From Nannocystis bainbridge (lineage in GTDB: Bacteria > Myxococcota_A > Polyangia > Nannocystales > Nannocystaceae): 64,000 nt of DNA. Every line of letters starts with the position of its first letter. Within the stretch, counting starts at the first letter, position 1. Below the pieces are notes generated by a model. That model saw only the letters and a list, made by a program, of their open reading frames with translations. It did not search any database and had not been told where the DNA came from. Made by a program: the position numbers and the translations under genes. Location: positions 2,752,001 to 2,816,000 of the forward strand of contig NZ_JAQNDL010000003.1 of assembly GCF_028368995.1 (NCBI RefSeq), read 5' to 3'. This document shows positions 40,822 through 50,513 of the stretch, one piece after another.

Positions 40822-42168
40822 TCAGGGCGGATCCGACACGCTCGGGTGCCGGGCCGCCGCCAGGGCCGCGCGGCAAGCCGCCAGCGCCCCGTCGCGCGCG
40901 TCGAACATGGCGAAGCGCTCGCGCGGCTGGACCGCGCCGACGATCAGCGTCGCGGCCATCACCTTGACCGGGTCGCCGCCGGCAAGCAGGGCGACGAAGA
41001 CCAGGTGGGGGTCGGCGAACAGCTGGACGATGTGGCGCCGGATCTCGGGGCCCGGCATGTTGGCCTCGTCGAGCTCGACGAGCAGGGTGTACGGCGCGCC
41101 GTCGCTGGTCAGGCGCGTCATCTCGGCGCGCATCACCTGGACGCTGAATTCGCTCGGCAGCGGGATCTCGTGGTAGCGGATCACCCCGGGCTCGAGCAGC
41201 GCGATCCGGGCGCGGATCGCCCCCACGTCGGCGATCCCGCGCGGGGCGGCGCCCGGGTCGAGCGCGCGCAGCAGGTCGGCCATGCTCGCGTGCCGTCGCC
41301 CGGGCTCGGGGTCGAGGCCGCGGACGATCGCCGCCTGCAGCCAGCCCGGCACATCGCTGTCCTCCGGGACAGGTCCGACGTCGCGCCCGCGGATCGCCCG
41401 CAGACGCGCCTGCAGGTCGCGCGACGGGAACGGCGGGGCGGCGTACAGCGCCTCGTACAGCGCGACGCAGAGCGCGAACTGATCCGCCGCCGGGCCGCCC
41501 GGGTCGCCGGCGAACAGCTCCGGGGCCATGTAGCCGGGGGTCCCGGCCAGCCCGCCCCCCGACGCCTCGCCGACCCGCCGCGCCAGGCCGAAGTCGGCCA
41601 CTCGCACCCCGCCGTCGCGCCCGATCAGCACGTTCTGCGGCTTGAAGTCGCGGTGGCACAGCCCGATCGCGTGCGCGGCCGCCAGCCCGCGCCCGGCCGC
41701 GAGGAACGTCTCGACGATCGCCGGCCACGGCCGCCGCGTGCCCGCGAGCCACTGCGCGAGCGTCTCGCCGTCGACGTGCTCCATCACCACGAACAGCCCG
41801 CCGCGGCCGTCCGGCAGGGTGTAGGTGCCGACATCGTGGACCGTGAGGACGTTCGGGTGCGACAGCCGGGCCATCGCCTGCGCCTCTCGCAGCAGCAGCT
41901 CCGGCGCGGCGGCCTCGCGGTCCTGGCGCATCAACTTGATCGCTACCCCACGCTCGAGCCGAGGATCGTGGGCGAGGTAGACCGCCCCGAACCCGCCGAC
42001 GCCGAGCAGCCGCTGCAGCTGGTAGTGCCCGAGCATCACCGGCCCGGCGGCGCCGAACATCCGCTCCTCGACGTGGCGCAGCAGCAGCGCCGCCTCGACC
42101 GGATCACCGTCGCCGAGGCCCGTCAGGGCGAGCCCTGTCGTCGTCGTCCCGGCGGTGGTCGGACCCAT
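40822..42168 (-). CDS. Ser/Thr protein kinase with C-terminal STAS/SEC14-like alpha/beta domain
   Basis: LGVGGFGAVY, VAIKL, HRDFKPQNV, DFGLAR and GTPGYMAPE; the C-terminal ~125 aa are homologous to 43743-44159. Confidence 0.9.
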   Translation of the reverse strand: MGPTTAGTTTTGLALTGLGDGDPVEAALLLRHVEERMFGAAGPVMLGHYQLQRLLGVGGFGAVYLAHDPRLERGVAIKLMRQDREAAAPELLLREAQAMARLSHPNVLTVHDVGTYTLPDGRGGLFVVMEHVDGETLAQWLAGTRRPWPAIVETFLAAGRGLAAAHAIGLCHRDFKPQNVLIGRDGGVRVADFGLARRVGEASGGGLAGTPGYMAPELFAGDPGGPAADQFALCVALYEALYAAPPFPSRDLQARLRAIRGRDVGPVPEDSDVPGWLQAAIVRGLDPEPGRRHASMADLLRALDPGAAPRGIADVGAIRARIALLEPGVIRYHEIPLPSEFSVQVMRAEMTRLTSDGAPYTLLVELDEANMPGPEIRRHIVQLFADPHLVFVALLAGGDPVKVMAATLIVGAVQPRERFAMFDARDGALAACRAALAAARHPSVSDPP

Positions 42169-42247
42169 CGCGCCCAGCGTATCAATCTCCGGCGGCGCGG
42201 CCGACCCCGGCGCGCCGTAGAGATCGCGGTTTGCTAACCTCCGGCCC

Positions 42248-42865
42248 GTGACCGACGACGCCGACCTACTGGCCCGCTGGCGCGCGGGAGATCCCGCCGC
42301 CGGCAGCGCGCTCGTCCGCCGCCACGTGGCGACGCTCGCCCGCTTCTTCCGCGGCAAGGCGGTCGACGTCGCCGACGTGGTCCAGCAGACCTTGACCGCC
42401 TGCGTCCAGGCCAAGGGCCGCGTCCCCGACGGGCTCGAGTTCCGCGCCTACCTCCTCGGCATCGCGCGGAACGTGCTGCTGCACGATCTCCGGCGCCGCG
42501 GACGCAAGCCCGAGCCCCACGGCCTCGACGACCTCCCCCTCGCCGCCCCCAGCGCGCTCTCGCCGAGCCGCGCCGTGGCCGCCCGCGAGGAGCGGCGCCT
42601 GCTCCTACGCGCCCTGCGTCGGCTGCCCTACGACCTGCAGTGGCTGATCGAGCTCCACTACTGGGAGGGGCTGCGCCAGGACGACGTCGCCGCCGTGCTC
42701 GAGGTCCCGCCTGGCACGATCAAGAGTCGGCTGTCGCGGGCAAAGAAGCTGCTGCGCGCCGAGATCGAGGCGCTCGCGGCCGATCCCGCGCTGCGGGCCT
42801 CGACCGTCGACGACCTCGACCGCTGGGCCCGCGAGCTCGCCGCGCTCCGCGACGACGAGCCCTGA
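42248..42865 (+). CDS. ECF sigma-70 factor, divergent from the kinase
   Basis: DLLARWRAGD, DVVQQT, FRAYLLGIARNVL and LEVPPGTIKSRLSRA. Confidence 0.92.
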   Translation: MTDDADLLARWRAGDPAAGSALVRRHVATLARFFRGKAVDVADVVQQTLTACVQAKGRVPDGLEFRAYLLGIARNVLLHDLRRRGRKPEPHGLDDLPLAAPSALSPSRAVAAREERRLLLRALRRLPYDLQWLIELHYWEGLRQDDVAAVLEVPPGTIKSRLSRAKKLLRAEIEALAADPALRASTVDDLDRWARELAALRDDEP

Positions 42866-42878
42866 GCGCGCCGCGACC

Positions 42879-43595
42879 TCAGGTCGCGCGGCCGAACACG
42901 AAGAGGTCGGTCGGGACCAGCGCCGTGTGCCCGCCGGGCAACGTCAACGTGGTGTGGATCGAGCCCTTGCCCTGGGCGATCGGCGTCAGCCCGGCGAGCG
43001 CGAACAGGCGCGTCAGGTCTCCGCGCTGCAGGGCGGCCGGGCGGATCCCGTGCCGCAGCACCTGCTGCAGCCCGGGCGGCGGCCCGCCGAATTCGGCGAA
43101 CAGATACTCGAAGTAGGCGTCCGCGGCCGGCGACAGCTCGCACACCAGGGCGCGCCCGCGGTGGCCGAGCAGCGCCCGCAGCCCGGCCACCGCCTGCACG
43201 CGCGCGGCCTCGTCCAGTTGGTGAAAGACGGCCCGCACGTACACGTTTGCGTCGCCGATCCGGCGCTGCAGGGCGGCCGCGGCGGCGGGGTCGAGCAGGT
43301 CGAGGACGACGAACTCGAGCCCGGGTAGAGGCTCGCCGGCGAGCGCGATCGCCAGCCCCGCTGCGGACACATCGGCCCCCACGACGCGAGAGAATTGCCG
43401 CGCCAGCGCCCGGGTCTGGGTCCCGTGGCCGCAGCCGAGATCGACGATCGGCAAGGTCCGATCGAGGTGGGCGCCGAACCGGCGCAGGTCGTCCTCGACC
43501 CCGACCTCCGGGCGGCTGTCCCAAAAGACCTGCCCCGTCGCGTCGGTGTCGCTCCAGTAGTCGTCCCACAGCTTGGCGTAGTCCGCGGCGCTCAT
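42879..43595 (-). CDS. Class I SAM-dependent methyltransferase
   Basis: IVDLGCGHG, VVGADVS and NVYVRAVFHQL. Confidence 0.88.
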   Translation of the reverse strand: MSAADYAKLWDDYWSDTDATGQVFWDSRPEVGVEDDLRRFGAHLDRTLPIVDLGCGHGTQTRALARQFSRVVGADVSAAGLAIALAGEPLPGLEFVVLDLLDPAAAAALQRRIGDANVYVRAVFHQLDEAARVQAVAGLRALLGHRGRALVCELSPAADAYFEYLFAEFGGPPPGLQQVLRHGIRPAALQRGDLTRLFALAGLTPIAQGKGSIHTTLTLPGGHTALVPTDLFVFGRAT

Positions 43596-43742
43596 CGGCT
43601 CTCCTCCTGCCCGCACGTGGCGGGCCTCGCTGCAATTCCCGCCGCCGCCAGAAGGTTCACGCGAACCCCCAGAAAATTTCCGTGAACCAAACGGCGCGCG
43701 CGGGAATTCCTCGATCGACCCACCTTCAAGGAGTCCGATCCG

Positions 43743-44159
43743 ATGTTGAAGCTCGAAGCGCGCGAGTACGGCCCCGACAGCACCCCCGCCGAGATCGAGG
43801 CGATCCAGGCCCGCCTCTGCCTGATGCTCCCCCGCGTGGTCATGTACCGCGAGGCGCCCGTCCCCAGCCCGTTCCAGATCGGCGTGTTCGGCGAGAAGCT
43901 GCGGCGCATCACCGCCGACCTCGCCGCCTACGACATGATCATGGACCTCTCCGAGGCCAAGCCGCCGGGGGGCCGCTGCCGTGAGGCGCTGCGCGAGCTG
44001 TTCGCCGCTGAGCACAAGCTCCAGCGGGTGGCCGTGTTCACCGGCGGCAACTTCATCATCAACAGCGTCGCCAAGCTCCTGCTCAAGAACTGCGGGGTCC
44101 GCAACCTGACGATGTGCAAGGACGAGGCGGAGGCGCTGTCGACGATCGGCGCGCGATGA
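43743..44159 (+). CDS. Stand-alone STAS/SEC14-like domain protein
   Basis: AAGGAG RBS upstream; [13 protein letters not shown]...RVAVFTGGN...DEAEAL; aligns by eye with the kinase C-terminal domain. Confidence 0.8.
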   Translation: MLKLEAREYGPDSTPAEIEAIQARLCLMLPRVVMYREAPVPSPFQIGVFGEKLRRITADLAAYDMIMDLSEAKPPGGRCREALRELFAAEHKLQRVAVFTGGNFIINSVAKLLLKNCGVRNLTMCKDEAEALSTIGAR

Positions 44160-44274
44160 CCGCGGACCTGTCGCCCGCCGCAGGCCCAGGCCCAGCGGCG
44201 GGCTCGTCGGCCCGCCGAGTTTCTTGTCCCACACGCGACCTGCCTACAAGGAGGCACTCCCCGGAGCTGCCCCA

Positions 44275-44493
44275 ATGCCAGAGCTGACCGCCTCCGAGGA
44301 CAAGGTCGCTTTCTCGCTCGACAACCGCCAGGTCTTCTTCCTGTTTTTCGGCCTGTCGGTGGTCGGATGCTTCGTCTTCGCGCTCGGCGTGATGGTCGGG
44401 CGCCGCAACGAGGCCGGCCTGGCCGACGCCCAGTCGGTCGCCCGTAACGACGCCCGCGCGGTGCTCGCCGAACCCGAGCCGCTGCTCGCCTGA
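44275..44493 (+). CDS. Small single-TM protein resembling the N-terminal anchor of SPOR-domain proteins
   Basis: [32 protein letters not shown]; upstream AGGAGG/GGAG. Confidence 0.6.
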   Translation: MPELTASEDKVAFSLDNRQVFFLFFGLSVVGCFVFALGVMVGRRNEAGLADAQSVARNDARAVLAEPEPLLA

Positions 44494-44709
44494 TCGCGTG
44501 CTTCTGGGCGATGCGCGCTCGACCTCGTGCGTCCCACAGCGTGGTTGCAGACAGGTTCGCACCCCTGAAACACACGTATCATCAAGCAGCATTCACGCCC
44601 GCGCCGAGGGGCTCCCGAATGGTCATAGGGGCCATCGCTAACCCCGACGGCCGCGTCGGACCGAAGACCATCGCGGCGCTCGACGCCCGCGACCCCCGGG
44701 CCGCAGACA

Positions 44710-45432
44710 TCACTCGTCCGAGGGCAACGTCCGCTCCCCCGCCAACGCCACGAGCGCCGCGAAGACCCGCCGTTGCTGCGCCTCGTGGTTCTCGCTGCGG
44801 CCTCGCCACCGCGCCCGCCCGCCGACCCATCCCGCGATCGCGCCGGTCGAAGTCAGCGCCCCCAACAGCAGGAGCAGCAGCGCCTTGATCACCACCCCCT
44901 TCAGCAGCACGACCGCGAACACCCCGGCGAAGAAACCGGCGAGGCCGCCGAGGAACGCGCTCGCCACCGTCACGCTCGCGTCCATGCGTTCTTCAAGGCG
45001 CAGGGTCGTGCGGCCCGCGTGCTCGACCACCGTGAAGTGCATCCAGCGCGCCGGGTTGGCCGTCGTCGACCAGATCCGCGCCCCGGCCTCGTGCTTCAGC
45101 TGCCCCGGGTCGCCGACCGAGCGCCGCAGCACCTCGATCATCTGCGACAGCGTCGCCTCGTCGACGCTGCCGTCGACGACCTCCTCGAACATCAGCTCCG
45201 TCTTGCCTCCCGCCCACCACACCGGCCGGTTGCGGTCGCCCTGGATCGCCAGCTCCCCGGCCGCGCGCGCGACCAGTGCCTTCGAGATCCCCAGCTCCTG
45301 CACGACCTCCTCGATCTCCCCCTGACTCATCGACCGCGCGTCGGTCTTCTCGCCCTCGCGCGCGTGCAGCTCCGCGACGCGCTTGAGGATCTGGCCGACC
45401 TCGCGGTCGTCGTAGCGGCGGTCCCCGGACAT
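44710..45432 (-). CDS. Conserved-looking hypothetical membrane protein (two C-terminal TM helices)
   Basis: RRYDDREVGQILKRVAEL...EIEEVVQELGIS N-terminus; hydrophobic hairpin near the C-terminus. Confidence 0.75.
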   Translation of the reverse strand: MSGDRRYDDREVGQILKRVAELHAREGEKTDARSMSQGEIEEVVQELGISKALVARAAGELAIQGDRNRPVWWAGGKTELMFEEVVDGSVDEATLSQMIEVLRRSVGDPGQLKHEAGARIWSTTANPARWMHFTVVEHAGRTTLRLEERMDASVTVASAFLGGLAGFFAGVFAVVLLKGVVIKALLLLLLGALTSTGAIAGWVGGRARWRGRSENHEAQQRRVFAALVALAGERTLPSDE

Positions 45433-45615
45433 GCCAGAACCCTAGCATCCGCCCACCAGCGTTGCGCATGCAACCACGCGGCGATCTCGGCGCGACGGCC
45501 TGGCGAGCGCGATCGAGAGCGGCGATCGGGCCGGACCTTTGGCAGCGCGAGCTCGAGGCCTGGCCCTGGGGCCATCGTTCCGCCCTCCCGGCGTCGGACA
45601 GATTGCGCGCGGCGA

Positions 45616-46506
45616 TCAGCGCCGCGCCGGGCCGCGCACATCGACGCTCGCGCCGACGGCCGTCAGCGCCCGCGCGAGCACCCACACCTCGGTCCAGCTC
45701 AGGCCGTCCTTGAGCATCACGTCGGTCGACTCGGCCAGTTCCTTGGCCTCCTGGAGCCCGAGCGTGGTGGCCTGGCGGATGATCCTGATGACGGGGATCC
45801 TGAATCCCCCGTTGGACCGCAACACCACCCCGTAGCCGCGCTTCGGCTCGGGCAACCCTGGCTCGCTGCTCACCTCGCCGGGCGGCACCGGCTTCGACGA
45901 GCTGCTCGCTGCGCCGGGCGGCACCGGCTTCGGCGAGCTGCTCGCCGCACTCGGCGGCACCGGCGTCGGCGGGTTGCCTCCCGCGCCCCACGTCACCGCC
46001 GCCGACTCGCCGCTCACCGCCCGCTCGGGCGGCGCGCTGCTCTCGTGGGCGCGAACCTCGACAGTCGCCCCGGCCTCGAGCAACTCGTCGCGCAGCGCCT
46101 CCGCCTCCTCTTGAACGATCTGCCGGCGCACCAGGCACGGCGCGTCGTCGACCAGCTCGACCGCCTCGCGCAGTCCGAAGCCCATCATCCGCTTCAGCGC
46201 GCGCACCACGTGGATCTTGCTGGCGCCCTGTGCTTGCAAGTACACGTCGAAGAACGCGGGGCCATGGGCCCGCAGCTCGACGGTCGCGCCTGCGGCGACC
46301 AGCGCGACGCGCAGCGCCTCGGCCAGGGCGGGCGCAAGTCGAGTACCCATCGCGCTCGGCGTGCGCGCCACCAGCTCCGCCGCCGCCGCCGCCTCGAGGG
46401 CCATCCTCGCTCGCAGCGTCTCGATGACTGCCGCCGGGTTCGACCCCACAGCTTGCAGGATCACGTCCTGCAAGACCCCTTCGCCCGACTGGTCTCCGAC
46501 CGTCAT
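45616..46506 (-). CDS. Protein with three ribosomal L7/L12 C-terminal-like domains
   Basis: FDVYL...SKIHVVRALKRMMGFGLREAVELVDDAPCLVRR...EAEALRDELLEAGATVE, with two further similar units. Confidence 0.8.
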   Translation of the reverse strand: MTVGDQSGEGVLQDVILQAVGSNPAAVIETLRARMALEAAAAAELVARTPSAMGTRLAPALAEALRVALVAAGATVELRAHGPAFFDVYLQAQGASKIHVVRALKRMMGFGLREAVELVDDAPCLVRRQIVQEEAEALRDELLEAGATVEVRAHESSAPPERAVSGESAAVTWGAGGNPPTPVPPSAASSSPKPVPPGAASSSSKPVPPGEVSSEPGLPEPKRGYGVVLRSNGGFRIPVIRIIRQATTLGLQEAKELAESTDVMLKDGLSWTEVWVLARALTAVGASVDVRGPARR

Positions 46507-47005
46507 CCCTCGACGATACTCGAATCACCGCCAGCCCCGAACGGGCAACCTATAAGCACTCGCAGCGGCGATCCTCCTCGGCTGCATCCCGACCCTCGCC
46601 CACGACGCTCCCTGTCGACCTGTCCCCGCGGCCAGGCAGCCCCCGACCTCCGCCTCTTCCACCCATCGCGGCTCCAGCAATCCGCACCTGATCTTTGCCA
46701 GCTCACCCCTACGGTCGCCGCAATACCAATGGACCGTAAGGCAGCGACACCTCGGTCAATCCTTCCATCACCCCGCGCGCACGCGGTCGCGCCGCCGAAG
46801 GCGCGACGATCAGCACGCGACCGTCGTCGGTTCGCGCGAGGATCTGCGGGCCCCTGCCGCCTCCATCACCCGCGCCCCACGTTGTCATGACCATCGAGCT
46901 CCGGAACCATCGTCAGTCATGAAACAAGCCAATTCATGGGACAGACCCTTCAGCCCGTCGCCAGCCTCCCGCTCACATGCAAAAACAGCACCTCGCCCCG
47001 ATTCG

Positions 47006-48016
47006 CTACCCTGCTTCGCCGCGCCGGCGCCAGCCTTGCGGCGTCTCGCCGGTCCAGCGCTTGAACGCGCGGAAGAACGGCGCCGGCTCGGCGTACCCGA
47101 GCAGCACTGCCACCTCCGACGCGCTCAGCGAGCGGTCCGCCAGCAGATGCACCGCCCGCGCGTGCCTCGCCTCCTCGACCAGCCCCGCGAAGTTGGTCTG
47201 CTCGTCGAGCAGTCGCCGGTGCAGCGTCCGCTCCGACACCCCCAGGCGCTTCGCCACCGCCTGCAGCCGCGGCTCGCCCTCCGCCAGCGCCGCCCCGATC
47301 TCCCGCCGCACCCGATCGGCCCATGAAGCGTCCGCCGGCAGTTGGGCCAGCATCGACTCCGTGCGGCGGGCCAGGTAGCCGAACAGCTGCGGATCGGCGC
47401 GCGGCAGCGGCACCTCCAAAATTTCCGCCGCGAACCCGATCTGCAGCAGCGGCGCGTCCCAGGCCACCGGGCAGGCGAAATGCGCCTCGACCTCGCGCGG
47501 CTCCGCCGGTCGTGACAGCGGCAACGCCACGAACGCCGCCCGCGTGCCCGCCCCCGCGATCCCGCCCATCATCGTCACGATCGACGCCGCCTGCGCCAGC
47601 ACCGGCTCGCGCAGCTGAGCGAACGCCGGCACCATCGCCCGCACGAACACCACGTAATCACCGGCCGCGTCGCGTCGGCGCTCGAGCTGCGGCACCAGGC
47701 CCGGGTACAGCACCGCGCCGACCCGCTGCTGCCACGCCAGCGCGTCGCCGACCGTCGCCTCGTGCTGCATCGCGTAGCCGATCACGCCCAGCCCGGCGAT
47801 CCCGAGCCGCGCCCCGATCTGCAGCCCGTCGCCGCGGCGCGACAGGATCTCCCACATCTTCAGGTGCGGCCCCAGAGGCACCCGCGCGTCCGGGTCCGTC
47901 AGCGCTGACGGATCGATCCCCGCCTCGCGCACGATCGCCGCCGCGTCCGCCCCCAGCCGCTCCGCCGCCGCCAGCACCTGGACCGTCATCGCCGCCAGCA
48001 CCGAGGGGCCCGTCAT
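47006..48016 (-). CDS. AraC-family transcriptional regulator
   Basis: VAKRLGVSERTLHRRL and LLGYAEPAPFFRAFKRWTGETP; divergent from the monooxygenase. Confidence 0.93.
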   Translation of the reverse strand: MTGPSVLAAMTVQVLAAAERLGADAAAIVREAGIDPSALTDPDARVPLGPHLKMWEILSRRGDGLQIGARLGIAGLGVIGYAMQHEATVGDALAWQQRVGAVLYPGLVPQLERRRDAAGDYVVFVRAMVPAFAQLREPVLAQAASIVTMMGGIAGAGTRAAFVALPLSRPAEPREVEAHFACPVAWDAPLLQIGFAAEILEVPLPRADPQLFGYLARRTESMLAQLPADASWADRVRREIGAALAEGEPRLQAVAKRLGVSERTLHRRLLDEQTNFAGLVEEARHARAVHLLADRSLSASEVAVLLGYAEPAPFFRAFKRWTGETPQGWRRRGEAG

Positions 48017-48107
48017 CGCCGCGGATCTTCGACGATGGCCGGCAAAGCCACAAGCTTGGCGGCCGCGGTCAAGGCGGCCCGCGCCCGCGCGCCGCATCCT
48101 CCTCGCC

Positions 48108-49265
48108 ATGAACCTCTCGCAGCTCCACGTCCTCGTCGTCGGTGGTGCCACCGGCGGCGCCGCCACGGCCCTCCTCCTCGCGCGCGCCGGAGCCCGCGTC
48201 ACCCTGCTCGAGAAGGTCGCCCAGCCGCGCGCCGTCGGGGCCGGCATCGCCCTCGCCGAGAACGGCCTCGCCGTGCTCGAATCGATCGGCCTCGGCCCGG
48301 CGATCGCCGCCAGCGGTCGCGCCGTCGACGCGCCCGCGGTCGTCGACGCGCGCGGCCGCATGATGCTCGCCCCGCCGCGCCCGGCCCCGCGCGTCCGCAT
48401 GCTCCGGCGCAGCGCCCTGCAGGGCCTGCTGCTCGACGCCCTCGCCGCCGAGCCGCGCGTCGAGCGGCAGTTCGGCGCCGAGGTGATCGGCGCCGAGCGG
48501 GACGGTCGCGTGCTCGCGCGCATCGACGGCCGCACCGTCGAGCACCGCGCCGACCTGGTCGTCGGCGCCGACGGGGTCCATTCGCGGATCCGCAGCGCCG
48601 GCCGGTTCGGCGCCCGGGTCCGCCCGCCCGGCATCCCGTACCTGCGCGCGCTCGTCGAGGTCGACGCCGCCCAGGGCGTCGAGGCCTGGACCGGCGCGGG
48701 CATCTTCGGCAGCTTCGCGGTCGACGGCGGCACCTATTTCTTCGCCTCCGCCGGCACCCGCGCCTGCCGTCGCGCCGTCGCCGAGCGCGACCTCGACGGC
48801 CTGCGCCAGGTGTGGGCCCGCGCCTATCCGGCCTCGGTCCCCCTGCTCGCCGCGGTAAGGCGATTCGACGACCTCATCTTCAACCGCGTCACCCGCGTCG
48901 ACTGCCAGCAATGGGTCGACGACCGCCTCGTCCTGCTCGGCGACGCCGCCCACGCCATGGCGCCCAACCTCGGCCAGGGGGCCAACAGCGCCCTCGTCGA
49001 CGCCGCCGTCCTGCTCGACGAGCTGCGCCGCGCGGGCACCCTCGCCGCTGGCCTCGACGCCTACCAACAGCGCCGCCGCCCCGCCGTGCACAAGGTCGCC
49101 CGCGCCGCCGCCGGCCTCGGCGCCCTCGCCGAGCTCACCAACCCCGTCGCCCGCTGGCTGCGCGACCGCCTGCTGCTCCCCGTGGCAACCCGCCTCGGCG
49201 GCGACGCCACCCCGGTCGTCATGCAGGAGCTCCCCGCCACCCTGCTGGCGATCGGCCGCGCCTGA
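48108..49265 (+). CDS. FAD-dependent monooxygenase
   Basis: VVGGATGG, DLVVGADGVHSRIR and LLGDAAHAMAPNLGQGANSALVDA. Confidence 0.93.
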   Translation: MNLSQLHVLVVGGATGGAATALLLARAGARVTLLEKVAQPRAVGAGIALAENGLAVLESIGLGPAIAASGRAVDAPAVVDARGRMMLAPPRPAPRVRMLRRSALQGLLLDALAAEPRVERQFGAEVIGAERDGRVLARIDGRTVEHRADLVVGADGVHSRIRSAGRFGARVRPPGIPYLRALVEVDAAQGVEAWTGAGIFGSFAVDGGTYFFASAGTRACRRAVAERDLDGLRQVWARAYPASVPLLAAVRRFDDLIFNRVTRVDCQQWVDDRLVLLGDAAHAMAPNLGQGANSALVDAAVLLDELRRAGTLAAGLDAYQQRRRPAVHKVARAAAGLGALAELTNPVARWLRDRLLLPVATRLGGDATPVVMQELPATLLAIGRA

Positions 49266-49279
49266 CCGCCGAGTCGCAA

Positions 49280-49370
49280 AACATGTCCTCGAAGACATTC
49301 CCTATCGAACATGTCCTCGATGGCATGCTCTTACCGACATGACCTTTCGAGCATGCCCGTTCGTACAGGC
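49280..49370. repeat. 14-bp-phased array of the TGTC-N6-GACA motif (about 6 units)
   Basis: CA(T/G) cores at 49282, 49296, 49310, 49324, 49338, 49352 and 49366, an exact 14-bp period. Confidence 0.85.
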
Positions 49371-49479
49371 ATACCCGGGCGGGCCCACGGCGGGTACCAG
49401 TCGACTTGAGCCGAGGTCCGGCGCAGGCGAACCTCGTCACGCTCGCTCGCATCCGCATCGGGTCGCCTCAAACAGGCTG

Positions 49480-50325
49480 TCACCCGCCGCGCGGCCCCGC
49501 CTGCTTCACCGCCTTCGCCCAGCCTCTCGGCGCCGGCGGCTGCCCGCGCAGATACGCCTCCCACGTGCTCGTGTCGTCGAAGCGGTAGCCCGCCCACAGG
49601 CTCCACGCGTCCGTGTAGCTGACCTCCCCGTCGTACTGCCCGCGCAGCGCCGCCGGCTCCTCCCCGCGCGACCACGGGGCCGGCAGTAGCCCGTGGGCCG
49701 CCAGCAGCACGGCCGCCTGCGCGTACGTCTCGCCTTCCAGCGTCTCCGCCTTCCCGTCGCGCACCGCCTCGAGCACCGCCTCCCAGCTCGTCGGCGCCGG
49801 CCCCACCGCCGCCAGCCACTCCGTCAACGTCCCCTCGGCGCGCCGCCTCGCGCACCAGCGCGCCCAAAAATCGTACTTACGCGCCCCGTAGCGGAACTCC
49901 GTCGCCGGCAGGCGTTCCCCGCGGCCCGCCCACGGCGCCGGCGGCATCGACCCGTGCAGCCGCTCCCACGCCACGATCGCCACATCGTCCGCGATCACCC
50001 CCGCCGCCTCGAGCTCTGCCCGCAGCGACCCGTCGTCGTCGCGCGGCCGCAGCTCCGGCGCATACGTCGACACCGCCGAGCGCGTCCATGTGCGAGGCGC
50101 CGGCGCGTGCCTTTTTAAATACGCCAACCGCCAACCGCGATCGCTCGGCGCCCGCGCCAACCACTCGTGCCATATCTCCGCCCAGCTCTCCCCGTAGCCC
50201 ATCCGCCAGCCGATGCTGCTATGCGGGATCTCGGGCCAACGGGCCCACGGCGGCGCCACATCGCCCTGCGCATCGCTGGCCTCCGCGATCGCCCGGGTCA
50301 GGAATGCCTCTTGATCGAAGCTCAC
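49480..50325 (-). CDS. Hypothetical Trp-rich protein with PPW...SIGWRMGxGE motif
   Basis: PPWARWPEIPHSSIGWRMGYGESWAEIWHEWL...YLKRHAPAP; internal repeats of PAPW; GTG start 7 nt after TATGCT. Confidence 0.7.
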   Translation of the reverse strand: MSFDQEAFLTRAIAEASDAQGDVAPPWARWPEIPHSSIGWRMGYGESWAEIWHEWLARAPSDRGWRLAYLKRHAPAPRTWTRSAVSTYAPELRPRDDDGSLRAELEAAGVIADDVAIVAWERLHGSMPPAPWAGRGERLPATEFRYGARKYDFWARWCARRRAEGTLTEWLAAVGPAPTSWEAVLEAVRDGKAETLEGETYAQAAVLLAAHGLLPAPWSRGEEPAALRGQYDGEVSYTDAWSLWAGYRFDDTSTWEAYLRGQPPAPRGWAKAVKQAGPRGG

Positions 50326-50513
50326 CCGGGCGAGCATACGACCTCGGCCGCGAGCCGTCCGCGCATCTCGCTCGCACGTGCGATTCCCGGGTCGGAGCGC
50401 GCCGGACGAGCGAGCTTTGCGCGGGGCCCTGCGCCACAATTCGGGCCAGCCTGCGCCGGTCGCCGCCTGAGCCTGGTCAGGTCCGCGCCGCTTCGGTGTT
50501 ATGCCTCGCCATC

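Noticed and set aside
46520-46920. Possible frameshifted pseudogene between the L7/L12-like gene and AraC
   Set aside because: Short ORF pieces in different frames with no recognisable motif; cannot be supported without a homology search.
49280-49370. 14-bp arrays or the 55-bp repeats at 4082 as a CRISPR or mini-CRISPR
   Set aside because: Units are too short or degenerate, there are no 25-45 bp unique spacers, and no cas genes are present in the window.
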